Positions 8,221 through 16,982 of a stretch of 21,858 nucleotides of DNA are shown here, piece by piece (within the stretch, counting starts at the first letter, position 1; each line of letters begins with the position of its first letter). The notes beneath the pieces are model-generated. The model was not told the origin of the DNA, made no database searches, and worked only from the letters and a program-made list of their open reading frames with translations. The stretch comes from Leptospirales bacterium (GTDB lineage: Bacteria; Spirochaetota; Leptospiria; Turneriellales; JAOUFE01). The stretch spans positions 15,526 through 37,383 of the forward strand of contig JBEQLE010000042.1 of the NCBI GenBank assembly GCA_040326155.1, read 5' to 3'. Both the position numbers and the translations under genes were made by a program.

Positions 8221-9882
8221 TTAACTGATTCTATGTTTTCCCGGACCTGTATTTTCCATTCTGCCGCTGTATTCAGGTTCAATTAAAGTTGCAACCCCAT
8301 CGGGGTTCATTCTATTTTCTATTAAAATAAATTCCAACCTTTTCAAAAAGGTATCGACACTGTCTATTTTCTGAGGACGTAGAAAAAACCCACCATGCAA
8401 GGGAAGTTTTATTTGCAATGATTCAGAGCTAAATCGTTCAATCAGCCCTGGAATTCTTTCCACGCTGCTCAGATTCAACCCACCTTCAGCTGTATGAGTA
8501 GACGTATCAAATATAAAAACAAATTTTTTCCGGTCAATTCTAACGGCAAGTTCCGGCTTCACCTTTTCTTCTTCGAGCTTAAACAGTATATCTTTCGCCC
8601 AAACACGCAGGCTTTGCGGTGTAATCGTATTCAAATCTGGTATTTCAAATATAAAAGTCAAAAAAGTACCTTTGTGCTTTAATTTTTCTTGCAGATAAAA
8701 ATAAAAATAAGGATAGGTATAAAAATCCGTATCGGCGTCTACTGTTGCTGCGTCGTAAATTCGGTGTAGAAAGATGGATTGTGCAAAAGTGGCGCACACA
8801 TCGGCAATCTGACGCTTTTCAACCTCGGTAATCGGCATTTGATGAAGAGAATCTACAATCAATAGGCCGACCAGGGCATTGCGATACACAAGTGGAACCG
8901 CCATTTGTCGCCCCGCTTGTGTCACTTCAATAATCGGGTTTTCAACATATTTATTAAAACTATCGGGCAGTTTTTCAACCGCCTCACCTCTTATTAAAAT
9001 ACCGCCTTGTTTTTGTACCACAGGGCGAAACTTCGATGTATCCCAGAAATAATAGCGAACCGATGTAGCGCCATACTTTTTTTCCAGCGACTCCATTAAA
9101 CTAAGAACTTTTTCAGAAAAAAACGGACTCTCCGATTCTGGAAAACTCTGGTCAGTTTCTTGAGTTATCGATTCTGGTATAGGTTCTTGTGTTGATTCAA
9201 ATATAGGTTTACTTTTGTTTTTAACCAATTTCGGCGCCTCCGCTTGCGTCACTGCCTTAACAGCCATTCCAGAAACAGCTCTGCCTGAATTTGCAGGAGA
9301 GTTTGAAGCCATCGATAAAATAATCTTTGGTTTTTCTTTCTTTTCTTGTGGCTTACCTGTTTTTTTTCTCCGATCAGAAAATACAACAAAAAGCGTTGCC
9401 ATGACGAAAATAACAAAGAAATAAAATATTATAGCCCATTTTATTTCGGGTTTACGATTCGTAAAATCTTTCAGAACCACATCAAATGGTATATCGCGTT
9501 TAAAGTATAATACTACTTTTAATTTTTCAGACAAGGTAATAATTGAGGTCTCTTTTATTCTTTTTTCGAGCATCTCTTTTTGTTGCGATAAAAGCTGCCT
9601 GTAATGTTCCCTGGAAACCCTTTCTGACTGGTAAAGACTACCCATCAGCAGGTCTTTTTCATTGAATAAAAAAATTGCCCCTACGGCGTAATATCGTTGA
9701 AAAACTGCATGTAAAGAATCAATAAATTCACCCTGGTTTTTAGCATTCTTGTACAATGTTCCAAGATCGCTCCTTAAAGCCATAGGATCAGGGGAATGCA
9801 TGGATCTGTGGTGGTCATTATACCAGATTATGCCCATGACAATCCACAACACAAGTAAAAGCAATGTAAAAGCGCGCTTCAT
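8221..9882 (-). CDS. Membrane protein with two TM segments, a GAF domain and a degenerate GGDEF-like domain
   Basis: Hydrophobic segments at about aa 4-21 and 149-168; GAF signature 'MAVPLVYRNALVGLLIVDS'; GGDEF-domain start 'ATVDADTDFYTYPYF' with 'VRIDRKKFVFI' in place of R.GGDEF. Confidence 0.75.
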   Translation of the reverse strand: MKRAFTLLLLVLWIVMGIIWYNDHHRSMHSPDPMALRSDLGTLYKNAKNQGEFIDSLHAVFQRYYAVGAIFLFNEKDLLMGSLYQSERVSREHYRQLLSQQKEMLEKRIKETSIITLSEKLKVVLYFKRDIPFDVVLKDFTNRKPEIKWAIIFYFFVIFVMATLFVVFSDRRKKTGKPQEKKEKPKIILSMASNSPANSGRAVSGMAVKAVTQAEAPKLVKNKSKPIFESTQEPIPESITQETDQSFPESESPFFSEKVLSLMESLEKKYGATSVRYYFWDTSKFRPVVQKQGGILIRGEAVEKLPDSFNKYVENPIIEVTQAGRQMAVPLVYRNALVGLLIVDSLHQMPITEVEKRQIADVCATFAQSIFLHRIYDAATVDADTDFYTYPYFYFYLQEKLKHKGTFLTFIFEIPDLNTITPQSLRVWAKDILFKLEEEKVKPELAVRIDRKKFVFIFDTSTHTAEGGLNLSSVERIPGLIERFSSESLQIKLPLHGGFFLRPQKIDSVDTFLKRLEFILIENRMNPDGVATLIEPEYSGRMENTGPGKHRIS

Positions 9883-9972
9883 ATTCTTTATTTTCGGTAC
9901 TTTTACGAAAAACTAAATCCATTTGACGACTATTGACTTGACAAGGCCAAATGACTTAAAACTTATAATCTC

Positions 9973-10536
9973 ATGTTTGACGGCTTAAAAAGAAAATGGC
10001 ATATAGCCAGCCTTCTTAAGAAGGTAAATAAATTAGGCCGCCTAATTGTAGATGAGCTAAAGGCATTAGCCGATTTTGACCCCCTGGAGTACGGTAATTT
10101 ACGTAAAGGAACCGAATGGGGCGCTATCAGTGAAAACACAATTTCATGGAATTATTTGATCGATTTAATTATAGGCAAACCCATATTGTATATTATTACC
10201 TACAACATTGACAAAAAAGAGTTTCTTTGTTATGCGAAAACTCCGCGAATGAATTTTTCAAGTGTATTTCAGTTTAAAACAAAAAATTTCCAAGAATTAA
10301 ACTTTCGCTTGCTGGAACTGGCAAAGCATATTCCAAGCTTGCGCGAAAGAATGCTTAGAGAATACCTTTATTCGGAATCCAAACTAGGTCCTCGAAAGAA
10401 GTGGTACAAACCATTCGTAAGCGAAGATAAAATTCACGTTTATCTCGAATCCATCATCGACAATATTTCTACCCAAAAGAAAATTACAAAAAACGAAGCA
10501 CGTCGCATCACAGCCTATGCAATGAATTTAACATAA
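9973..10536 (+). CDS. Hypothetical protein
   Basis: 187-aa ORF, divergent from the GAF gene, with TTGACA and TATAAT-like hexamers just upstream; no family recognised. Confidence 0.8.
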   Translation: MFDGLKRKWHIASLLKKVNKLGRLIVDELKALADFDPLEYGNLRKGTEWGAISENTISWNYLIDLIIGKPILYIITYNIDKKEFLCYAKTPRMNFSSVFQFKTKNFQELNFRLLELAKHIPSLRERMLREYLYSESKLGPRKKWYKPFVSEDKIHVYLESIIDNISTQKKITKNEARRITAYAMNLT

Positions 10537-10538
10537 AA

Positions 10539-10949
10539 ATACCACGAAGCGGGTTTTTAAAAACGAATTACTTCAACCAATTATCGAACGAAGCGACACA
10601 AAATAACCGAAGGATTATTTTGTGAACTAAAGATGAAACCGCAGGATTTTTTTATTATATTATACCACGAAGCGAGTTGGCTCGTCAGGTTTTCGTACGA
10701 AAAACCTGACAGACCTTGCAGCCTGACGCTGACCGCTTTCGGCTGCTACGGCCAAAACAACGTTTTTTACCAACAAATTACTTTAAACGAAAATCGAACG
10801 GAGCAATATAGAACCAGAAACGGGTTTTCAAAAACCACGCTTTTTGAAAATAAAATACTTCAAACAGAAATCGAATGAGACAACCATTAAAAACCGCAGG
10901 ATTTTTTATGGCACTAACGAAACCGCAGGATTTTTTTGTGAACTAAAGA
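10539..10949 (+). repeat. R1 repeat cluster D (three units plus two half-hairpins, one unit interrupted by an insert)
   Basis: Units 10539-10624 (hairpin 1 collapsed), 10662-10806 (interrupted at about 10681-10752) and 10813-10911; half-hairpins at 10636 and 10920. Confidence 0.92.
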
Positions 10950-11076
10950 AAGATATATTTTATTAGATCTACTAAGAAACAGTCTTGACAACCTTGCATC
11001 TGAAAAATGGAGTTCCAAAATACTTTTGTTTAACAAAACAAATTGATTATTGAACAATACAAAAAGGAGTTACTAT

Positions 11077-11583
11077 ATGAAAAAAAAATTAATCGCAATT
11101 TTGGCTATTTTGTTTCTAAGCCTGTCAGCGACCGGGCTGTACGCAGAAGATGGAGAGGAAGTTCATCAAAACGAACACGCAGACCATGCTAACCACCTTG
11201 GTATATTCCTGGGGGCAACCAGCCACCTGGGAGCGCACGGAACTACTGTTTTCACAGCAGGATTAGACTATGAGAGAAAATTCGTTCCCCTGTTTGGCGC
11301 TGGAATTTTATTCGATTTTCCATTTGAATCTGAAAACTATGAGTTTGCCATGATTGTCGCCGTGCCTTTAAGTCTGCACCCTTTTGCTGGCCTTAAAGTT
11401 ACAGTTGCTCCGGGCATTGAATACGCCCATAGTGCCACCGAATTTTTACTACGCGCAGGTTTAGGATATGACATAGCTATTGGAAAATATACTTTGACAC
11501 CAACGTTGAGTTATGATTACGTTTTTTCCGCTCACCCAACATCCGCTCTGGTTTATGGACTAACAATCGGTAGAGGTTTTTAA
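11077..11583 (+). CDS. Putative small outer-membrane beta-barrel protein with His-rich N-terminus
   Basis: SD AGGAG then MKKKLIAIL..LYA signal peptide; alternating amphipathic strands (GLDYER, RAGLGYDI, PTLSYDY); C-terminal Phe. Confidence 0.8.
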   Translation: MKKKLIAILAILFLSLSATGLYAEDGEEVHQNEHADHANHLGIFLGATSHLGAHGTTVFTAGLDYERKFVPLFGAGILFDFPFESENYEFAMIVAVPLSLHPFAGLKVTVAPGIEYAHSATEFLLRAGLGYDIAIGKYTLTPTLSYDYVFSAHPTSALVYGLTIGRGF

Positions 11584-11612
11584 GTTAATATAAACTTTTA
11601 CAGTGAATATCC

Positions 11613-11642
11613 AAACGGGGCGCGATAATGCGCTCCGTTTTT
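11613..11642 (+). terminator. Rho-independent terminator (possibly bidirectional)
   Basis: AAACGGGGCGC-GATAAT-GCGCTCCGTTT followed by T residues, between convergent genes. Confidence 0.8.
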
Positions 11643-11676
11643 CTATATAGATAAAACAAGGTCTTTTAAAAATTAT

Positions 11677-12000
11677 TCAATCAAAAAACTCTTTGAGTTC
11701 TTCAAAAGCTTTTTCTTTTTGTGAGACACCCGTTTTCTTGATGGCTTTTCTTAAGATCGTTTCCCAGTTTTTCTCAGGAATATCTGCTTTCATCTCTTCA
11801 ATCATTTCCAGAATTTTAACTTCCGACTGGATATTAAAAATCTGATCGTCATTATAAAAAAAGATTTCTGCCAATCCGGCGATATACTCCCCGGCTGAGT
11901 TTTTGTTTCGAAATCCAGCGCTTTTTCTTTCCTGAACAACCGTCTTTTTTTCGGCCCTTTTCAGTTCTCGTTCTCTGCGCTCTATATCGGTTCTTTTCAT
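11677..12000 (-). CDS. Hypothetical protein (charged, helical)
   Basis: 107-aa ORF with protein-like composition, ending convergently at the terminator. Confidence 0.8.
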   Translation of the reverse strand: MKRTDIERRERELKRAEKKTVVQERKSAGFRNKNSAGEYIAGLAEIFFYNDDQIFNIQSEVKILEMIEEMKADIPEKNWETILRKAIKKTGVSQKEKAFEELKEFFD

Positions 12001-12075
12001 AGCAAACCCCCGATGGTGGCTGTTACGGTAAAAAACTAATGCTTAAACAAGGTGTAAAGTACAATTCAATGTGTA

Positions 12076-12273
12076 TTATACAACAGAATCAGGGCTTTTT
12101 TCTTCAAACAAGCCTGCAATCACCTTACTGGCTTTTGCTTTTCCCATTACCAAAAATTGACACCCAGTACCAACGCACCCTTCGTTATAAGCAAATAATT
12201 CTGTTTCAAGTACCTCTAAAATCTTCTTCTCAAGCTCATTCTCTTTATTACCCGTAGAAAAGTTCGGTTTCAT
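12076..12273 (-). CDS. Possible small hypothetical protein
   Basis: 65-aa ORF with plausible composition (helical E/K segment, CxxxxC), co-oriented with the downstream gene; no family recognised. Confidence 0.35.
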   Translation of the reverse strand: MKPNFSTGNKENELEKKILEVLETELFAYNEGCVGTGCQFLVMGKAKASKVIAGLFEEKSPDSVV

Positions 12274-12345
12274 CCAGGCATTGAGCGGTTTTTATAAGTA
12301 CAGTCAATGAAATTACCCACCTGCATAAGAAATTTAGGAAATTAA

Positions 12346-12487
12346 GAATTACGAATGTGCAAGGAAGGGGGCGGATGGTTTTTTCCCCATCTTGAAAACC
12401 ACAAACCCCCTTGGCGCCGACCACGTGGGCGTAAACACCCACCACGTGGGCGTAAACGCCCACCCGTTCTCTGCCAACCCCCCGGTA
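12346..12487 (-). repeat. R2 repeat, inverted copy with internal 21-bp tandem duplication
   Basis: Reverse complement of 3457-3577; ACCACGTGGGCGTAAAC(A/G)CCC is duplicated at 12420-12440 and 12441-12461. Confidence 0.9.
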
Positions 12488-12545
12488 GTTCAGTTTTTAA
12501 TGTTAAGTATCACGCAGAGGTGACAACTTCTGCTGACACAGGGGG

Positions 12546-12796
12546 CGAACGAAGCTAAAAAATACCACTAAACGGGTTTTCAAAAACCACGCTTTTTGAA
12601 AACAAAATACTTTAAACGAAAATCGAATGAGACAGCCAGGATTTTTTGTGGGACTAACTAAAACCGTAGGATTTTTTTGGTATAATATACCACGAAGCAA
12701 GCAGGCAAAAACGACGTTTTTGCCTGCAGAAAACTTTAAACGATAATCGAACGAAGCAACACAAAAAAACCGTAGGATTTTTTTGTGGACTAAAAG
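12546..12796 (+). repeat. R1 repeat cluster E (two units plus half-hairpin)
   Basis: Units 12562-12651 (5' arm of hairpin 2 deleted) and 12687-12787; hairpin 1 GCAGGCAAAAACG-A-CGTTTTTGCCTGC; loops CCGTAGG. Confidence 0.92.
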
Positions 12797-12834
12797 AATT
12801 GAAATTGACATTCTGTATCGTCTTAATTTGTAGA

Positions 12835-13044
12835 ATGTCCTTCACGGTAAATATAGTTCGAGAAAAAGACGGCACTTACTCTACTAACTGTCAGAATATA
12901 CCCGGAAAAATTGGTCGAGGCAAAACTCGCAAAGAAGCTATTGAATCGATCAAAAAAATGCTGACCGCTCATATAGAAAAAACACCGGTTTCGTTGTATC
13001 TTTCCGGCGATGAAAACAGACCAAGAGTAGTGTCTGACATTTAA
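12835..13044 (+). CDS. Orphan HicB-like (UPF0150-type) small protein
   Basis: 'MSFTVNIVREKDGTYSTNCQNIPGKIGRGKTRKEAIESIKKML' matches the HicB N-terminal pattern; ATG 12835 preferred over TTG 12799; no hicA nearby. Confidence 0.75.
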   Translation: MSFTVNIVREKDGTYSTNCQNIPGKIGRGKTRKEAIESIKKMLTAHIEKTPVSLYLSGDENRPRVVSDI

Positions 13045-13084
13045 AAAAGTCTTGAATTGCAAACTCCTATTCTAATATGTTATT

Positions 13085-13276
13085 ATGAAAGGGTTCATAG
13101 TATCATTAAATAGATTTTTTCAGTATATTATTGTTACGGGCACTGTTTTTATCTTCTTTACCACCGCAACCCAGGCAAAAGGTTTAACACCATTTCAGGC
13201 CACAGGAGCCGATATATTAGGATGGGAATTTCAGGTAATCGGCCACGAAACCTTACATACTTTACTCCCGATGTAG
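13085..13276 (+). CDS. Small putative exported peptide or gene fragment
   Basis: 63 aa with a signal-peptide-like N-terminus (..TTATQA) and HETLH near the C-terminus. Confidence 0.4.
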   Translation: MKGFIVSLNRFFQYIIVTGTVFIFFTTATQAKGLTPFQATGADILGWEFQVIGHETLHTLLPM

Positions 13277-13290
13277 AGTCAAATAAATTA

Positions 13291-13854
13291 TTAATCCATA
13301 TAGATTATACTTTTGTCGGAAAGTCCGAAAAATTCGGCATCCACTTTAATATAAGTTTTTCCAGGGATAACCTCTCGAAACCGTAAGCGGGGAATTTCAA
13401 AGGCAATAATCGTATCGCCACGTTTTAAAGTGAGTTTACGAAACTTGTTTTTTTCTACGGATAAAAAAATAGTTTTACTACCCGACATAAAACTGCGATG
13501 TTTTAATATAATTTTCAGCTGCGATCCTTCGACAATTGAAAAATCATTATCGCTATTGATAAAAACTGCGTAACCCGAAACTTTACCCATACTGTAAAAC
13601 AGGCGAAGGTTTAAATCTTTTATTTTTTTATAATCATAACTATAAAATTCACGGAATTCTGCCGGGTTTAAACGTTCGCTCTTTACCGGAATATACTGCT
13701 TTACTCTCAACTCTTTGCGAAGTTCTTCAAGTTCGCTATCTGCTGCGCTTTGCGCGGAAGAGATAATAAATAAAATGCCGACAACCACAAAAAGAGTAAT
13801 AATACGCAAAGTTCGGTATACTCGATATTGATTCTCAGAAACAGATGTAAACAT
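13291..13854 (-). CDS. Hypothetical exported or membrane-anchored protein
   Basis: 187 aa; N-terminal hydrophobic segment IITLFVVVGILFIISSAQSA followed by a soluble domain. Confidence 0.75.
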   Translation of the reverse strand: MFTSVSENQYRVYRTLRIITLFVVVGILFIISSAQSAADSELEELRKELRVKQYIPVKSERLNPAEFREFYSYDYKKIKDLNLRLFYSMGKVSGYAVFINSDNDFSIVEGSQLKIILKHRSFMSGSKTIFLSVEKNKFRKLTLKRGDTIIAFEIPRLRFREVIPGKTYIKVDAEFFGLSDKSIIYMD

Positions 13855-14099
13855 CTTTCATTCTCTTTTCATTCCATGAACCGCAAAGCTTTTTTTCCCG
13901 TTTTTCCCGTTTTGCCTGAGTTGCAGCTCGATCTTAAACCTGCCTACCTCTTAAACACTTTAAAATAAATAGTTTCCAAACTGACTCGAAATTGCAATAT
14001 ATCCTGAGAAATTGTTGCCAAAATTAAATTGTTAGTATAATTTTAAATAATATATAAAATGCCTGAGATGAAAATCAAATACAAGGAAGAGTACTGCTT

Positions 14100-14633
14100 A
14101 TGAAAATTGAAAACGAAAAATTTGTTACCATTGAATATACACTGAAAAATGACGAAGGTAATGTAATCGATACCACCGAAGGTAAAGATCCTTTGCCATA
14201 TGTACATGGTACGGGTCATCTACTTGCCGGACTCGAAAATGCTCTGGAAGGTAAAGTTTCTGGAGAATCTGTTGATGTAAAGCTGGCCCCTGAACAAGGT
14301 TATGGCGCAGTTTTAGAAGATAGAATTTTTGATGTACCAAAGTCAGATATGGAAAGCATCGAAAACCTGAAAGAAGGCATGACGCTTCACGCCCAGACGC
14401 CAAACGGTGTTGAAACATTTATAATTTTACAGATCGGTGATGAAACTATTAAAGTGGACGGCAACCACCCCCTCGCAGGACAAAACCTCCATTTTGCAGT
14501 CACTGTAAGTGAAGTTCGGGATGCTACTGAAAAAGAGCTGAAACCGGACCACGAATGTGGATGTGGCGATAACGAACACGGAGAAAAACATGAAAAGGGA
14601 GGCAAATGTAACGAGGAAAGTTGCACTTGCTAA
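14100..14633 (+). CDS. slyD: FKBP-type peptidyl-prolyl isomerase SlyD
   Basis: 'VTIEYTLKNDEGNVIDTT..PLPYVHG..LLAGLENALEG', 'VDGNHPLAGQNLHF.V.V..VRDAT..E', and a His/Cys-rich C-terminal tail. Confidence 0.95.
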   Translation: MKIENEKFVTIEYTLKNDEGNVIDTTEGKDPLPYVHGTGHLLAGLENALEGKVSGESVDVKLAPEQGYGAVLEDRIFDVPKSDMESIENLKEGMTLHAQTPNGVETFIILQIGDETIKVDGNHPLAGQNLHFAVTVSEVRDATEKELKPDHECGCGDNEHGEKHEKGGKCNEESCTC

Positions 14634-14648
14634 TCATATAAAGTTTTA

Positions 14649-15863
14649 ATGAAAACTTCACCCGATCTAAATCCATACCGGTTAACATCGGGTGAAAAAC
14701 GTATCGCAATTGCTCTTGCCTTCATTCAGTTTACCCACATAACAGACTTTATTATATTAATGCCATTAGGGCCGACGTTATCGAAACTATTCAATATCGA
14801 TAACTCAGAATTTTCCTACCTCGTATCCTCTTATATGCTGAGTGCAGGGTTTACAGCTCTGGCAGGTTCTTTTTTTATAGATCGTTTTAATCGAAAAAAA
14901 TCCCTGTTGTTTATATTTATGGGGTTTCTAATTGGAACTTTTTTTTGCGGGCTTTCAAATTCTTTTTCGATGCTCCTGGTTTCCCGAATGATCACAGGCG
15001 CATTTGGCGGGTTATTAAACGCATTAATTTTCTCTATGATCGGCGATGCTTTTGCTTATGAAAAAAGAGGAGCAGCCACCGGAGTTATAATGGCGGCCTT
15101 TTCTGCGGCGTCCGTAGCTGGAATTCCAATCTCCCTGGAAATTGCCAACAGAATAAAATGGAACACGCCCTTTTTTGTTTTGACGGCTCTGGGCACCTTA
15201 ATTGCCATATACACTTTATACGCTATACCCAGTACAAAGAAGGTGATTGCAAAACATAGCATTAAGGACATCGTTGTTGTAAAAAGCCATTATACCGCAT
15301 TTTTCCTGACCATGACTATTATGATTGCAGGTTTTTCTCTGATACCTTATTTAAGTAATTATCTGGTGTTTAATACTGTTTTTACTGAACAAGAACTGCC
15401 TCTTATGTACTTTTTCGGAGGTGGGGCTACATTTTTTTCAGCCAGGCTAATAGGGTATCTTGCCGATCGATTCGGGAAAAAGAAGACTTTTTATTTAATC
15501 GCGGGTTTATCGGTCATTCCTTTTTATGCAATCAGCCGACTTGATGATCTGCCTGCATGGATGATCTTTGTCATTACTACTATATTTTTTATTCTGGTTT
15601 CGGGGCGTCTTGTACCTGCAATGGCTCTTTTAACTTCAAGCGTTAAAAATAATTTGCGCGGCGCTTTTATGACTACGAATACCGCCATTCAACAATTCTC
15701 TTCAGCCGGAGCCATGTTAGTTGCGGGAGCAATTATCACCAGCGACGCCAATAATGTAATAAGCGGATTCGAAACGGTCTCCTACCTTTCGATACTTGCG
15801 AACTGCTTAAGTATCTATTTTGTATATCGCTTGAAAGTAGTAAAAGAACCAAAGAGGCTTTAA
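14649..15863 (+). CDS. Major facilitator superfamily transporter (drug/H+ antiporter-like)
   Basis: 404 aa, about 12 hydrophobic segments, MFS motif A twice (GSFFIDRFNRK, GYLADRFGKKK). Confidence 0.93.
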   Translation: MKTSPDLNPYRLTSGEKRIAIALAFIQFTHITDFIILMPLGPTLSKLFNIDNSEFSYLVSSYMLSAGFTALAGSFFIDRFNRKKSLLFIFMGFLIGTFFCGLSNSFSMLLVSRMITGAFGGLLNALIFSMIGDAFAYEKRGAATGVIMAAFSAASVAGIPISLEIANRIKWNTPFFVLTALGTLIAIYTLYAIPSTKKVIAKHSIKDIVVVKSHYTAFFLTMTIMIAGFSLIPYLSNYLVFNTVFTEQELPLMYFFGGGATFFSARLIGYLADRFGKKKTFYLIAGLSVIPFYAISRLDDLPAWMIFVITTIFFILVSGRLVPAMALLTSSVKNNLRGAFMTTNTAIQQFSSAGAMLVAGAIITSDANNVISGFETVSYLSILANCLSIYFVYRLKVVKEPKRL

Positions 15864-15885
15864 TCGATTCAAAACCGAATATACT

Positions 15886-16731
15886 TTACTGCCCCATAAA
15901 AGAGTACAACATTTTAATTTCTTCAGGCCAGAGATCACTATCGCTGGTTTCTAAAATCAATGGTATATTATTAAAGCGAGAATCTGTCATGATGTACTTA
16001 AAGGCAGTTAAACCAATTTCGCCGGTGCCCAGTGGAGCATGTCGATCTTTTTTCGATTCAAACGGAACTTTGGAATCATTTAAGTGCATCCCTTTTAAAT
16101 ATGAAAACCCGATTATTTCATCAAATAGTCGAAACGTTTTTTCACACGTTTCTTTGTCACGCAAGTCATAGCCTGCGGCAAAAATATGAGCAGTATCTAT
16201 GCACACCCCAATGCGCGACTTATCAGAAATTTTATCAATAATAAAAGCCAGGTGTTCGAACTGGTAGCCAAGGTTGGAACCCTGCCCGGCGGTTGTTTCA
16301 ATTACGGCAATTACACCGGGAACCTCATTAATCGCAATTTCAATCGATTCAACGACACGGCGTAACGCCTCTTCTTCCGTATATTTTTTTAAATGAGAAC
16401 CGGGGTGAAAGTTTAAAAGGGTAATGCCCAGTTTTGCACACCGATCCATTTCATCGATAAAAGCCATTCTAGATTTATCCAGCCCTTCGGTTTCCGGATG
16501 AGCCAGATTTATTAAATAACTGTCATGAGCTAGAATGTGTTCGAATTTCAACCCAGATTGGTCCATATTCGTTCGAAAAAGTTCGATGTTTTCATCTGTT
16601 AGTGGTTTTGCATTCCACTGCCTCTGATTTTTGGAGAACAAGGCAAATGCTTTAGCCCCTATTTTAGAGGCATTTAAAGGAGCATTTTCCACTCCCCCGG
16701 CGGTACTGACATGAGCTCCCGCATATTTCAT
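15886..16731 (-). CDS. nfo: Endonuclease IV (AP endonuclease)
   Basis: [13 protein letters not shown] start, [50 protein letters not shown]. Start reassigned to ATG 16731 (16743 also possible). Confidence 0.96.
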   Translation of the reverse strand: MKYAGAHVSTAGGVENAPLNASKIGAKAFALFSKNQRQWNAKPLTDENIELFRTNMDQSGLKFEHILAHDSYLINLAHPETEGLDKSRMAFIDEMDRCAKLGITLLNFHPGSHLKKYTEEEALRRVVESIEIAINEVPGVIAVIETTAGQGSNLGYQFEHLAFIIDKISDKSRIGVCIDTAHIFAAGYDLRDKETCEKTFRLFDEIIGFSYLKGMHLNDSKVPFESKKDRHAPLGTGEIGLTAFKYIMTDSRFNNIPLILETSDSDLWPEEIKMLYSFMGQ

Positions 16732-16982
16732 ATGGTGTTTCATATAGCCTGCTAACAAATAGCTTATGAGTCGAAAAGGCGATTTTTTCATGTAATGGTT
16801 GACAACATGTAGCGATGAGGAAACGTTTTACATAATCGTCAAAAATAAAAAAAAGAACTATTATATAATAAGAATAGTCAAACAAGCGCCTCAAGACTTA
16901 GTTGATAACCAAAGTGAATCGTTTGTTTATGCATTGATTTTCTCGGAGTAGCTATTTAATAATTAAAAAATACCTGACAGTT

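Noticed and set aside
10539..10949. R1 clusters as CRISPR arrays
   Set aside because: There is no regular repeat-spacer period, the variable parts are self-complementary arms rather than unique spacers, clusters are dispersed, and no cas genes are present.
12248..12875. ORFs over repeats (1448-1699, 10633-10878, 12248-12463, 12355-12558, 12503-12811, 12654-12875, 20957-21178)
   Set aside because: They are translations of R1/R2 repeat DNA, in inconsistent frames and strands between copies.
16732..16791. N-terminal extension of Nfo in the ORF track
   Set aside because: Family homology begins at MKYAGAH; the upstream residues are not conserved.
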